Shown here piece after piece: positions 18,888 through 28,654 of a stretch of 64,000 bases of DNA; position 1 is the first letter of the stretch, and every line of letters starts with the position of its first letter. The notes beneath the pieces were generated by a model. That model was not told the DNA's origin, ran no database searches, and saw nothing but the letters and a program-made list of their open reading frames with translations. Origin of the DNA: an uncultured Pseudomonadota bacterium (GTDB lineage Bacteria > Desulfobacterota > Binatia > Binatales > Binataceae); contig CAWDQC010000018.1 of assembly GCA_963804355.1 (NCBI GenBank), positions 71,281-135,280 on the forward strand. The letters are read 5' to 3'. The position numbers and the translations under genes are program-made.

Positions 18888-20658
18888 ATGACCACGCTCT
18901 ACCCGCAGGTGATGGGCCGCGAAGCAATGATTGCCACCGAGCACTACCTCTCGGCGTCAGCAGGTGCACGGATTTTTGCCCGCGGAGGTAACGCGATTGA
19001 CGCGGCTGTCGCCGCTACCCTGGTCGAAGGTGTCGTCAACCCGCACATGCATACCATCGGGGGTGAGGCCCCGATGCTCATTTATGTGGCAGAAGCGCAG
19101 CGTGTAATCGCTATCAATGGCAACATGGTCGCTCCCGCACGCGCGACTATCGACCATTTCCGCTCGCTGGGCCTCGAACTTGATTCCCGGCGAGGGTCTG
19201 CTCGCTGCCGGCGTTCCCTCCGCTTTTGATGCGCTGGCGTCGGCGTTAAGCCGGTTCGGCACCATGACGCTGGCCGACGTCGCCGCTCCGGTGGTGGCGC
19301 TATGCGAAGATGGCATGCCGATGCATGCGGGACTCAGTGGGCATGGCGAAACCCCAAAGGATTTATCGGGGCTTATAGGCCTGGCTTCTATCCGCGCCAA
19401 TCGCAGGAAGTTCAAGGAACAATGGCCCTCGAGCGCGGCACTCTACATGCCCAACGGCGAGGTCCCGCGACCCGGCGACATAATCAAAAACCCGGCCCTG
19501 GCCCAGGTCTTTCGTCGCTTGCTCGATGCCGAGGCGGGAGCGAAGAACCGCGGCCGCGAGGCCGCGATCGATGCGGCGCGCGATTGTTTCTATCGCGGTG
19601 AGATAGCGCGGGAAATCGTCAAATGGTCCGACGCCAAGGGCGGCCTGCTCCAGGCAAGCGACCTGGCGCAATTCACGACGCGCTTTGAAGAGCCGGTCAG
19701 CGCTGACTATCGCGGCTTCACCGTTCATAAATGCCAGCCATGGTCGCAGGGACCGGTATTTCTACAGCAATTGCGATTGCTGGAGGGTTTCGACCTGCGC
19801 GCGATGGGTCACAACTCGGCGGCATACATCCATTGCCTGGTCGAAGCCGCCAAGCTCGCCTTTGCCGACCGCGAGGCCTACTACGCCGATCCGGAATTCG
19901 CGGAAGTCCCGATGGAGGGTCTGCTCTCGCGCAAGTATACGGACCTGCGCCGGTCTCTAATCGATCCTGAGCATGCCTCGATGGATCTGCGTCCCGGCGA
20001 TCCGATCGCGATGCGAGCGCTGCTCGAAGGCGCGAACGCGGAGGGCCGGTCGTGGGGCCCCGGGACGATTCACGTCACCGCCGCGGATGGTCGCGGTAAC
20101 ATGGTCGCGTGCACGGCTAGCGGTGGATGGATTCCCAGCTCGCCCGTAATCGATTCTCTGGGTTTTCCGCTGGGTACGCGCGTCCAGACGTTTCACCTGA
20201 ACGAACGGCACGCCAACGCACTGCGTCCGGGGAAACGTCCCCGCACGACGCTCACACCCTCGATTGCAACCCGCAACGGGGCTCCGTTCCTCTCGTTCGG
20301 CACGCCGGGGGGCGACCAGCAGGACCAGTGGACGTTGCAGTTCTTCCTCAACCTGGTCGATTTCGGGATGGATGTGCAGGAAGCGATCGAGGCGCCGCGT
20401 TTTTCGACCGCGCATTACGTCAACACCTTCTACCCGCACAACTTCAGCAAGGGATCGCTGCGAGTCGAAGAGCGGGTCGACGAGAAGGTGCGCAACGAGC
20501 TGGCCGGCCGCGGCCATCTGCTCGAGGTGCGGCCGCCGTGGTGCGAGGGTCACGTGCTCGGGATACGTTTCGACCCTGAGCGGCGTCTTCTGACCGGCGG
20601 CGCGGATCCGCGCGGACAGCTCGCGGTGGTGATGGCAGCGCAGGCGATCGGCTGGTAA
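18888..20658 (+). CDS. ggt: Gamma-glutamyltransferase family protein, frameshift near 19180
   Basis: GGNAIDAAVA, AFADREAYYADP, nucleophile GTIHVTAAD, PGKRPRTTLTP, GTPGGDQQ, GGADPR. Confidence 0.92.
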
Positions 20659-20957
20659 ACGAAACCGCGTTTCCAACGTATATTCTGATGGAGCGCTTCG
20701 TCTGAGTGCGGTGCGCGAGAGTGCCGTGAAACCGTCTTCGCCCACTTTTGCGCATGTGATAATTAATGAGGTGCGGACGCTGGGTGGCGGGTGTTGATGT
20801 CTCAAACCTTCCATTACGACGCTACACGCAATTGCGAAACCTGATGCCGGAATTGGGATATTCCGCCCAGCCCCGCTCGATGGCACAACGTGACTAAGCT
20901 AGCTATAGCATCTTTCGCCATGCGGCATAGAATCTGCTGTCAAAGGGGGCTGGGAAG

Positions 20958-21311
20958 ATGAGAAAGCGTGGGAAACTAGCGATAAATGGTCTATTGGCGG
21001 CTGCGATGCTTATCGCTCTCGCGGGATGCTCGGGACAGCCGCTATCCACGCGAGAAAAGGGTACGCTAATCGGCGGTGGCGTCGGCGCAGCGACCGGAGC
21101 GATTATCGGCGCCGCAGTGGGTGCTCCGGGAATCGGGGCGGCGATTGGCGGTGGTATCGGAGCGGTGGGCGGAGCCTTGGTTGGTAACGAGATGCAAAAC
21201 CAGGAGACCGCGCAAAAGCAGACGGATAGCCAAATACAATCGCAACAGCAGGAAATTGAGCAGCAACGACAGCAAATTGAACAGATGAAGCAGCAGCAGG
21301 AGAGCGAGTAG
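20958..21311 (+). CDS. Glycine-zipper lipoprotein with Gln-rich coiled-coil tail (copy 1)
   Basis: Lipobox LAGC; GxxxG repeats GGGVGAATGAIIGAAVG; QQQEIEQQRQQIEQMK. Confidence 0.85.
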   Translation: MRKRGKLAINGLLAAAMLIALAGCSGQPLSTREKGTLIGGGVGAATGAIIGAAVGAPGIGAAIGGGIGAVGGALVGNEMQNQETAQKQTDSQIQSQQQEIEQQRQQIEQMKQQQESE

Positions 21312-21334
21312 CCTTACCGAGGAGGTCAAATTCT

Positions 21335-21682
21335 ATGCGCAACGGTTGGATTCCGACAATCGCACTAGCCCTGGCCGCTATATTTTTGGTCGCCGGGTGT
21401 TCTGGTGAACCCTTGTCCGAACGGGAAAAGGGCACCGGCGTGGGCGCCCTGGTAGGCGCCGGCACAGGCGCGATTATCGGTGCGGCGGTGGGCCATCCGG
21501 CCGCTGGCGCGGCAATCGGCGGCGGCTTAGGCGCAGCCGGCGGTTTTGCAGTGGGCAACGAGATGCAGAATCAGAACGCCCAGAACCAGCAGACCCAGGG
21601 CCAGATCGAACAGCAGCAACAAGAGATCGAGCAGCAGCGTCAGCAGATCGAGCAGATGAAGCAAGAACAGGAGACTGAATAG
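21335..21682 (+). CDS. Glycine-zipper lipoprotein with Gln-rich coiled-coil tail (copy 2)
   Basis: SD GGAGG; lipobox VAGC; GALVGAGTGAIIGAAVG; QQQEIEQQRQQIEQMK. Confidence 0.85.
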   Translation: MRNGWIPTIALALAAIFLVAGCSGEPLSEREKGTGVGALVGAGTGAIIGAAVGHPAAGAAIGGGLGAAGGFAVGNEMQNQNAQNQQTQGQIEQQQQEIEQQRQQIEQMKQEQETE

Positions 21683-21704
21683 AAAAAAAGGGAGGTGTAG
21701 GATC

Positions 21705-22049
21705 ATGCGCGGACGGCGGAATGCAAAGGTGGGGGCCGCGCTCGCAGCCCTGCTCATGATCGGTGGATGTGACCAACAGTTTTCGACCACGCAGAAGGCG
21801 ACCGGCGTGGGAACCGTGCTGGGCGCCGGCAGCGGAGCTCTAATCGGTTCCGCGGTAGGTCATCCGGTGGTGGGAACGTTAGTAGGCGCGGGTATCGGCG
21901 GTGCCGGCGGCTACGCGGTTGGTCGTGGCCTGCAAAGCAACGAAGACGCACAAGCGCAGACGCAGGCGCAGGTTTCTTCTCAACAGCGCGAGATCGAGAG
22001 TCAGCGCCGCCAGATCCAGGAGTTGCAGAACAGCCAGAACGAAGAGTAA
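21705..22049 (+). CDS. Glycine-zipper lipoprotein with Gln-rich coiled-coil tail (copy 3)
   Basis: SD GGAGG; lipobox-like IGGC; GTVLGAGSGALIGSAVG; QQREIESQRRQIQEL. Confidence 0.85.
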   Translation: MRGRRNAKVGAALAALLMIGGCDQQFSTTQKATGVGTVLGAGSGALIGSAVGHPVVGTLVGAGIGGAGGYAVGRGLQSNEDAQAQTQAQVSSQQREIESQRRQIQELQNSQNEE

Positions 22050-22091
22050 ATGACTCGCTCTCCGCGTCACTGCAGGACGCGGGTTAGAATC

Positions 22092-22126
22092 AAAAGGGAT
22101 ACCGCATTTTGCGGCATCCCTTTTTT
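22092..22126. terminator. Bidirectional intrinsic terminator
   Basis: AAAA-GGGATACCGC-ATTTT-GCGGCATCCC-TTTTTT between convergent operons. Confidence 0.8.
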
Positions 22127-22149
22127 ATGGAGCTAATCGTCACGCTCGC

Positions 22150-22953
22150 CTAAGCGGGCCGGCAGAGCTTGCATGCTCGTAGGCCGGCGCCGCGCGCATG
22201 GTCGGCATCGGCGAAGATAAGCCATCGTTTGCGCTCAGTTCTCCGCACGGCACTGCACGCCGGCCGGCAGAAAATTCGCGACGTCCAATGACCATACACG
22301 GCGCTGTCCGGGACGCGTTGGGCGCGACCGGCATGGAAACCTTCGGCGCGCAGCAGCTTGAGCTTGCGATCGACGCCGCCGCCGTAGTTGCCGATGGTCC
22401 CGTCCGAGCGAATCACGCGATGGCACGGGACATAAATCGGCAAGGGATTCGTGGCCATGGTGTTGCCGACCGCGCGCTGACTCGATGGCGCTCCGACGGC
22501 GGCCGCCAACGACGCATAGGTAACGACCGAGCCGGGCGGCACTGTTCTCAACCGTTTCAGGGTCCGGCGCTGGAAATCGCTCTCTACCAGACTCAGGTCG
22601 ACGCGGCGGTGCGCGATCGCCTCGAGATCTCCCTTGAGGAATCGACCGATTTCATCCGCGATTTGCGCGGCTATCGCCGGATCCTCGATGAGATCGAAGC
22701 GCGGGCGCAATTCCGCGATGGTGTCGGCGCCGTCGCCGGCGTTGAGATATTTGACCGCGAGCAGTCCGCGCGCGCCGTCTGCTATCAGCAAGCGGCCGAT
22801 TGGGCTGTTGACGACGCCGACGTGCACGCAAGGTCGAGCGATTCTGACGAGCGCGCGCTGCAAGCGGGGACGGGCGTCAGTCAGCATCCGATCGACCAGG
22901 TTGTCGCTCGGCGCATCATCAAATTCGTCGTCGTGATTGTAATTCTCGTCCAT
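22150..22953 (-). CDS. ogt: Methylated-DNA--protein-cysteine methyltransferase with C-terminal Ada metal-binding domain
   Basis: SPIGRLL, VVTYASLA, RAVGNTMATNP, active site VPCHRV, LLRAEG; C-terminal IFCRPAC...GLRACKLCRP. Confidence 0.92.
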   Translation of the reverse strand: MDENYNHDDEFDDAPSDNLVDRMLTDARPRLQRALVRIARPCVHVGVVNSPIGRLLIADGARGLLAVKYLNAGDGADTIAELRPRFDLIEDPAIAAQIADEIGRFLKGDLEAIAHRRVDLSLVESDFQRRTLKRLRTVPPGSVVTYASLAAAVGAPSSQRAVGNTMATNPLPIYVPCHRVIRSDGTIGNYGGGVDRKLKLLRAEGFHAGRAQRVPDSAVYGHWTSRIFCRPACSAVRRTERKRWLIFADADHARGAGLRACKLCRPA

Positions 22954-22957
22954 GGAT

Positions 22958-23470
22958 TCACTCCGCGGCCTTAATCTTTTTCATCGCCAGGTAAACGCCG
23001 GCACGTGCAGCCTCTTCGGAACATCCCATCGCGACGGCGATTTCGTCGTACTCGAGTCCGCCGAACTTGCGCATCACCAGGGCGTTGCGTTGCTTGTTCG
23101 GCAGCCGCGCGATTTTCGCGCGCAGGTCGATGAGCCCGTCGGCAGCGCCGCCGACCGAGGCCGAATGCGCGTGTGCGTTACCGGCGGCGTCGATCTCGTC
23201 GCCGCTAATCACCCGTGCGCGGCGCGCATGATCGCGCGTGCGATTGAGACAGAGGTTGGTCGCGATGCGAAAAAGCCAGGGGCGCAGGCCCGCGGCCGAG
23301 TCGAGTTGCGGATAGGCCCGGTAGGCGCGCAGCCAGGTCTCCTGAAAGAGGTCGAGCGCATCTTCGCGATCGCGCGTGGTGCGCACGAGGTACCGCATGA
23401 TTTCGCGCTCGTGACGCCGGATCGCCTCTTCGAACGGCGGCGGCAAGTCCAATCGATTCTGCGGTTCCAT
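22958..23470 (-). CDS. ECF RNA polymerase sigma-70 factor
   Basis: Region 2 DALDLFQETWLRAY, WLFRIATNLCLN; region 4 LPNKQRNALVMR..GLEYDEIA..MG. Confidence 0.92.
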   Translation of the reverse strand: MEPQNRLDLPPPFEEAIRRHEREIMRYLVRTTRDREDALDLFQETWLRAYRAYPQLDSAAGLRPWLFRIATNLCLNRTRDHARRARVISGDEIDAAGNAHAHSASVGGAADGLIDLRAKIARLPNKQRNALVMRKFGGLEYDEIAVAMGCSEEAARAGVYLAMKKIKAAE

Positions 23471-23666
23471 ATCGTTCAGATATAACCCCGCATCGGCGCG
23501 CGCGTGAAATCACCTAAAAGTTGGCAATTTCACCCGCCGTCGCCGCAACGCGATACGGTTAACGGCAATATGTGAGGACACCCAAGAGGGTGGTTCATCC
23601 TCGAAGGCCGGCGCATCTGCACCCGGCCACGAGAAGGAGAGCGAAGCTAACTAGGCAGCGGCGCGA

Positions 23667-24626
23667 TCAGGCGGCCTTTGCGGCGCGCGCATAGGGTGTC
23701 GCGATTTCGCGCCCGATCAGTTCGACCTGGTCCGCCCAGGCGCTCGCCTCCGCGATAGGCCAAAGCACGAACTTATCGAGTCCGATCGCGACATATTCCT
23801 GCAATCGCCGCATGATGTCCTCGGGCGATCCATAGATTGTCCGCTGCAGGAAGCCTTCGGCGCCACGGCCCATCGCGGCCATCATCGGGCGCATCTCTTC
23901 CATCGCACGTTCGCGCGTCTCGGCCAGGCGGCAGAACAGGATCATTCCCGATTCGATGCGCGCGTTGGCGCGGCCGAATTGTTCCGCGTAGTTGCGAATC
24001 GTCGCCATGTTGCGGGTGAATTCTTCGGGCGTCTGGAACGACGCGAAATAGCCGTCGGCGAGGCGCGCGGTGCGCTTCAAGGCGGCGTCGGAACGCCCGC
24101 CCACCCAGATATCGATGGTGCCGGAATCGGTGTTGTTGCGGCGCGCCGGGCGCGGTTCGATGGTGACATTATCGAAGTTGAAGTACTTGCCGTGGAAGCT
24201 CGCCTTCTGCTCGGTCCAGACTTTGCGCAAGATGAGGATGCCTTCGTCGAGGCGCCGGCCGCGTCCCTCGGTCGGGATACCGCAGGCGGCATAGTCATTG
24301 AGATTCGCGCCGGTTCCGACCGCCATCACCACGCGGCCGCGCGAGAGATAGTCGAGCGACGCGAAGGATTTGGCGGCGACCAGCGGATGCCGCAGGTTGA
24401 GCAGGAAGACGCTCGGACCGAACTTGATCTTCGAGGTGCGCGAGGCAATCAGCGACAGTGTGGCGATGACGTCGAGCTCCGGCGACGCGGCCAGCAGATG
24501 GTCCGACAGCCAGAATGAATCCAGGCCCCATTCCTCGGCGCGTTCCGCGACGCGCACAATCGTATCCGCGGTAGGCAATCCGAGACTGAAAAGCCCGAAT
24601 CCGACGCCGATCTTAACCTGATTCAT
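23667..24626 (-). CDS. LLM-class (probably F420-dependent) oxidoreductase
   Basis: GLDSFWLSDH, RHPLVAAKSFASLDYLSRGR, IWVGGRSDAALKRTARLADG. Confidence 0.9.
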   Translation of the reverse strand: MNQVKIGVGFGLFSLGLPTADTIVRVAERAEEWGLDSFWLSDHLLAASPELDVIATLSLIASRTSKIKFGPSVFLLNLRHPLVAAKSFASLDYLSRGRVVMAVGTGANLNDYAACGIPTEGRGRRLDEGILILRKVWTEQKASFHGKYFNFDNVTIEPRPARRNNTDSGTIDIWVGGRSDAALKRTARLADGYFASFQTPEEFTRNMATIRNYAEQFGRANARIESGMILFCRLAETRERAMEEMRPMMAAMGRGAEGFLQRTIYGSPEDIMRRLQEYVAIGLDKFVLWPIAEASAWADQVELIGREIATPYARAAKAA

Positions 24627-24661
24627 AAGACGAACTCCCGGCTAGGTTCTTATGGAGCGCG

Positions 24662-25453
24662 ATGATATTAACAGTGTTTATGCGGAGATCGCTATTGGCC
24701 AGCAAAGGCGTTGACGTAACGTTTTTGGGAACTGGTGATGCCTTTGCTAGTCGCGGACGCTTTCAATCAGGCTACCTTGTTGAGGGCGGCGGCTGCAAAA
24801 TTCTGATGGAAGCGGGGCCGACGGTGCTGTGCGCGATGAAGCGCATGGATGTTAAGCCGGCGGATATCGATATAGTTCTGATCAGTCATTTGCACGGCGA
24901 CCATTTCGGCGGGCTACCCTTCCTCATTCTCGAATATCTGTGGGAGAGCCCGCGCCGCACCACGATGACGATCGCGGGTCCACGGCATCTCGAGGAACGT
25001 ACCTGGCTGCTTTTCCGGACGATGTTTCCATTTTCCAGCGGTGACGTGGATCGGGTCAAACGCCGGCTCAAATTCGTCGTGCTCGAGCCCAACGACGATA
25101 AGCGTATCGGACCGGCGCGCGTGCGCACGATTCGCGTCCCGCACATGAAACGTTACCATTCGCTGGCGCTCAGGCTGGAGTTGGCCGGCAAGACTATCGC
25201 GTTTACCGGCGACAGCGGATGGACCGACGCGCTGGTCCCCTTCACGGCGGGCGCGGACCTTTTCATGTGCGAATGCACCTACTTCCAGAGCACGGAACTC
25301 GATTTCCACATGAACTATCCGTTGCTCGCGAAAAAGCGCCCCAGCCTCGACGTCGGTCGAATGCTGCTTACGCATATCGGCCGCGAGGTGATGGAGCACG
25401 ATTCCGAGGTCGAGCTGGAAATGGCTGCCGACGGCATGAAGGTGCACGTCTGA
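24662..25453 (+). CDS. MBL-fold metallo-hydrolase (RNase Z/BN-like)
   Basis: FLGTGDAF, SHLHGDHFGG, FTGDSGW, LLTH. Confidence 0.88.
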   Translation: MILTVFMRRSLLASKGVDVTFLGTGDAFASRGRFQSGYLVEGGGCKILMEAGPTVLCAMKRMDVKPADIDIVLISHLHGDHFGGLPFLILEYLWESPRRTTMTIAGPRHLEERTWLLFRTMFPFSSGDVDRVKRRLKFVVLEPNDDKRIGPARVRTIRVPHMKRYHSLALRLELAGKTIAFTGDSGWTDALVPFTAGADLFMCECTYFQSTELDFHMNYPLLAKKRPSLDVGRMLLTHIGREVMEHDSEVELEMAADGMKVHV

Positions 25454-25617
25454 CCGCGCCGGCGAATCTCACAGGGCCGATTCCGCAAATAGATTTGTCA
25501 CACAAGTGCGCATGACGACCCGGCCGTGGTCTGCGATTTTTTTGACATTGGCGATCTAGTGGCAAGCGCAAAGCCGGCAGGTATGCTTAAGCGAGTAACG
25601 TATCCAAGGGAGTGACT

Positions 25618-26181
25618 ATGGGGCCGATAGGAAAAGCGATCTTCTTGACCAAAGGCGTGGGTAAGCATCGGGAGAAACTCACGTCCTTTGAACTCGCACT
25701 GCGCGACGCCCGTATCGCGGAGTTCAACCTGGTGCGCGTCAGCTCGATTTTCCCGCCGGGCTGCAAAGTCATCTCGATTCAGGAAGGGCTGACCTATCTG
25801 AGTCCCGGACAGATCGTCTACGCCGTGATGTACGATAACGCCACCGACGAACCGCATCGCTTGCTGGCGACGTCGGTCGGCCTGGCGATTCCAGCGGACA
25901 GGAATCAATACGGCTACCTGTCGGAGCATAAGAGCTTCGGCCAGACCGATCAGAAGGCGGGCGATTACGCCGAGGACCTCGCGGCGACGATGCTGGCTAC
26001 GATCCTGGGGGTGGAGTTCGATCCCAACGTCAGCTACGACGAACGCAAAGACGTCTGGCGGATGTCGGACAAGATCGTCACCACGCGCAATATCACGCAA
26101 TCGGCGATTGGCGATCGCGACGGCCTGTGGACCTCAGTCGTGGCGGCGGCGGTGTTCGTCGATCTGCCCAGCGCCACCTAG
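25618..26181 (+). CDS. pdaD: Pyruvoyl-dependent arginine decarboxylase
   Basis: [25 protein letters not shown] (Ser-Ser autocleavage site), YGYLSEH. Confidence 0.9.
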   Translation: MGPIGKAIFLTKGVGKHREKLTSFELALRDARIAEFNLVRVSSIFPPGCKVISIQEGLTYLSPGQIVYAVMYDNATDEPHRLLATSVGLAIPADRNQYGYLSEHKSFGQTDQKAGDYAEDLAATMLATILGVEFDPNVSYDERKDVWRMSDKIVTTRNITQSAIGDRDGLWTSVVAAAVFVDLPSAT

Positions 26182-26230
26182 GCGCGGAGCGTCGAAGCGC
26201 AGTCGCGACCCGTCGGCCCGGTGACATTTC

Positions 26231-26806
26231 TTACGATGGAGACGCTTCCATATAGTGCGCCATCACCAGCAGGTCGTGCTTTTGGCCATGCCGATCCTTG
26301 ACGTGGTCGTTGAGCGTGGCCTCGGTGCGAAAACCGAGGCGCTTGAACACACGGATCGCGCCCGGCTGATCGGCGACCATTTGCGCGAGAAGCTTCTCGA
26401 GCCCGGCCCGCTGGGACAACTCGAAGATCGTTTCGGCCAGCAGGTGGCCGAGCCCCCGCCGTCGATATGCGGGATGCGCGACGATGCGAATCTCTCCGAC
26501 ATGACGCGCCCAGCCATGGCGTTGACGTTCGAGGATCGCCGTGCCGACGATTCGCTTGCCCGCCACCGCGACCATCGTGGTCTCGCGATCGAGGTCGATC
26601 TCGTCGAGCCAGGTCTCGATTTCCTCGCGATTTATCAGGTCTTCCTTTAGAAAAGCGCGGTCGTCTTCGGGTACTTCTTCGAAGAAAGTACCAATTTCGG
26701 CCCGATCCTGCGGAATCAGGGACCGAATCGTGACACTGCTGCCATCGTTCAATTTCAAGGTTTTGGGATAAGCACTGAATAGATAATCGGCGATCGCATC
26801 AGCCAT
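26231..26806 (-). CDS. GNAT family N-acetyltransferase
   Basis: LKLNDGSSVTIR, HVGEIRIVAHPAYRRRGLG (motif A), FKRLGF; GAGG SD before ATG 26806. Confidence 0.85.
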   Translation of the reverse strand: MADAIADYLFSAYPKTLKLNDGSSVTIRSLIPQDRAEIGTFFEEVPEDDRAFLKEDLINREEIETWLDEIDLDRETTMVAVAGKRIVGTAILERQRHGWARHVGEIRIVAHPAYRRRGLGHLLAETIFELSQRAGLEKLLAQMVADQPGAIRVFKRLGFRTEATLNDHVKDRHGQKHDLLVMAHYMEASPS

Positions 26807-26982
26807 CGTCGTGACCTCTCGGTTGGTTTGATCTTCGAGAAAACCCGCGAAATCGTGAGTACCATAGGGCTGGGCGCCGAACCAATCGGGCATTACGCGG
26901 GTCGGCCCGCCGCGCGGAAGTCGAGGCAAATCGCGGATTCGTAACCTTCGGCGAGCCTGCGTATGCTATTGCCTTGGTCTTC

Positions 26983-27010
26983 GCGAATAGTTGGCGAATA
27001 GTTGTATGAT
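26983..27010 (+). promoter_or_regulatory. Perfect 11-bp tandem direct repeat abutting a -10-like TATGAT upstream of fabI
   Basis: GCGAATAGTTG GCGAATAGTTG TATGAT. Confidence 0.45.
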
Positions 27011-27069
27011 TCGCAGCGCCTGCGACGATACTCGCAAAGGACGCGACAATAGCAGAAGGAGCCCGCCGG

Positions 27070-27843
27070 ATGGGAATTGTGGATGGCAAATGCGCATTGG
27101 TGATCGGCGTCGCCAACGACAAGAGCCTCGCCTGGTCGATTGCGCAGGAATTGGCGGCACAGGGAGCGCAGGTCGCGCTTACCTATCAGGGTGAGGTGCT
27201 GGAAAAACGCGTACGCCCGCTCGCCGCGGAGATCGGTGCGCACGTGGCCGGCGAACTCGACGTCGGCAACGACGCCGATATCGATCGGGTCTTCGCCAAC
27301 GTCAAGGAAAAGTTCGGCGGACTCGACCTGATGGTCCACGCCGTCGCGTTTGCCGCGCGCGAGGATCTTCGCGATCGTTTCCTTAACGTCAATCGCGCCA
27401 ATTTCAGCCGCGCCCTCGAGATCAGCGCCTATTCGCTGGTGGCGTTGGCGCGTGCGGCCGAACCGCTGATGGAAGCGCGCGGCGGCGGTTCGATCGTAAC
27501 CATGAGCTACATCGGAGCGATCCGCGCGATCCCCAACTACAACGTCATGGGTGTCGCCAAGGCGGCTCTGGAAGCCTGTGTGCGCTACCTGGCGCTCGAT
27601 CTCGGCGGCAAGAATATCCGCGTCAATGCGCTCAGCGCCGCGCCCGCGCGCACCCTCGCCTCCTCCGCTATCCGCGATTTCCATTCGATGGCGCATGAGG
27701 TCGAAGAGCGTTCGCCGCTCAAGCGCGCGATGAAGCCCGAGGAAGTCGGGCGCATGGCGACGACTTTGCTCAGCGACATGTCGTCCGGCGTCACCGGTCA
27801 AACCGTTTATGTCGACATGGGTTACAATATCGTGGGCGCGTAA
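27070..27843 (+). CDS. fabI: Enoyl-ACP reductase FabI
   Basis: GVANDKSLAWSIA, ISAYSL, YNVMGVAKAALE, RTLASS, VTGQTVYVDMG. Confidence 0.95.
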   Translation: MGIVDGKCALVIGVANDKSLAWSIAQELAAQGAQVALTYQGEVLEKRVRPLAAEIGAHVAGELDVGNDADIDRVFANVKEKFGGLDLMVHAVAFAAREDLRDRFLNVNRANFSRALEISAYSLVALARAAEPLMEARGGGSIVTMSYIGAIRAIPNYNVMGVAKAALEACVRYLALDLGGKNIRVNALSAAPARTLASSAIRDFHSMAHEVEERSPLKRAMKPEEVGRMATTLLSDMSSGVTGQTVYVDMGYNIVGA

Positions 27844-27875
27844 ACTCCGACGCCCGCCTCAAGGAGGAAACTTCG

Positions 27876-28654
27876 ATGGCAATTATTCCGGTGCCGCAAC
27901 TATCCGACAATTACGCCTACCTGATTCGTCGACGACGCCAGTAAGGAATGCGGCGTGGTCGATTGCGCCGAAGCCGCCAAGGTGATGGCCGCAGTCGATC
28001 GCCACGGTCTGAAGCTCGTTGCCGTTCTGCCGACGCATTATCATTTCGATCATGTCGGCGGTAACGAGGATATCGTCCGCGCCGTCCCCAACCTGCGGGT
28101 CTATGGCGCGCGTGGCGAGAACGGTCGCATCCCCGCACAGACGCATGAGGTGGACGACGGCGGCACAGTCGAGATCGGATCGCTGCGCGGCCGCGTAATC
28201 GGAATCCCGGCGCATACCAACGGGCACATCGCCTACTATTTCCCCGAACTCAAGGCGGTCTTCACCGGAGATACACTGTTCATCGCCGGATGCGGCCGGG
28301 TATTCGAGGGTAAAGCGCAGACGATGGTGGAACTCGCTGGCCAAACTCGCCGCGCTGCCCGACGACACGCAAGTTTATTGCGGCCACGAATACACCGAGA
28401 AGAACCTGCGCTTCGCCCTGACGCTCGAGCCCGGCAACGACGCCTTGAAGAGCAAGTACGAGTGGACCAAAAAAATCCGCGGCGAGGGCAAGTACTCGAT
28501 CCCGTCGACTATCGGCGAGGAAAAGCGCTTCAACCCGTTCCTGCGCACCGACAGTCCCGAGCTGCGCGCGAGCCTGAAGAAGATTGATCCTTCGATTGGC
28601 GAGGATTCGACCGCGATCTTCGCCAAGACGCGCGAACTAAAGGATCGATTTTAA
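27876..28654 (+). CDS. gloB: Hydroxyacylglutathione hydrolase (glyoxalase II), two frameshifts
   Basis: SD AAGGAGG; MAIIPVPQLSDNYAYL, THYHFDHVGG, FTGDTLF..GCGR, CGHEYT, EKRFNPFLR. Confidence 0.92.

Noticed and set aside
21220-22040. CAG-rich repeats as a CRISPR or microsatellite array
   Set aside because: They encode the Gln-rich tails of the three lipoproteins; no repeat-spacer structure or cas genes
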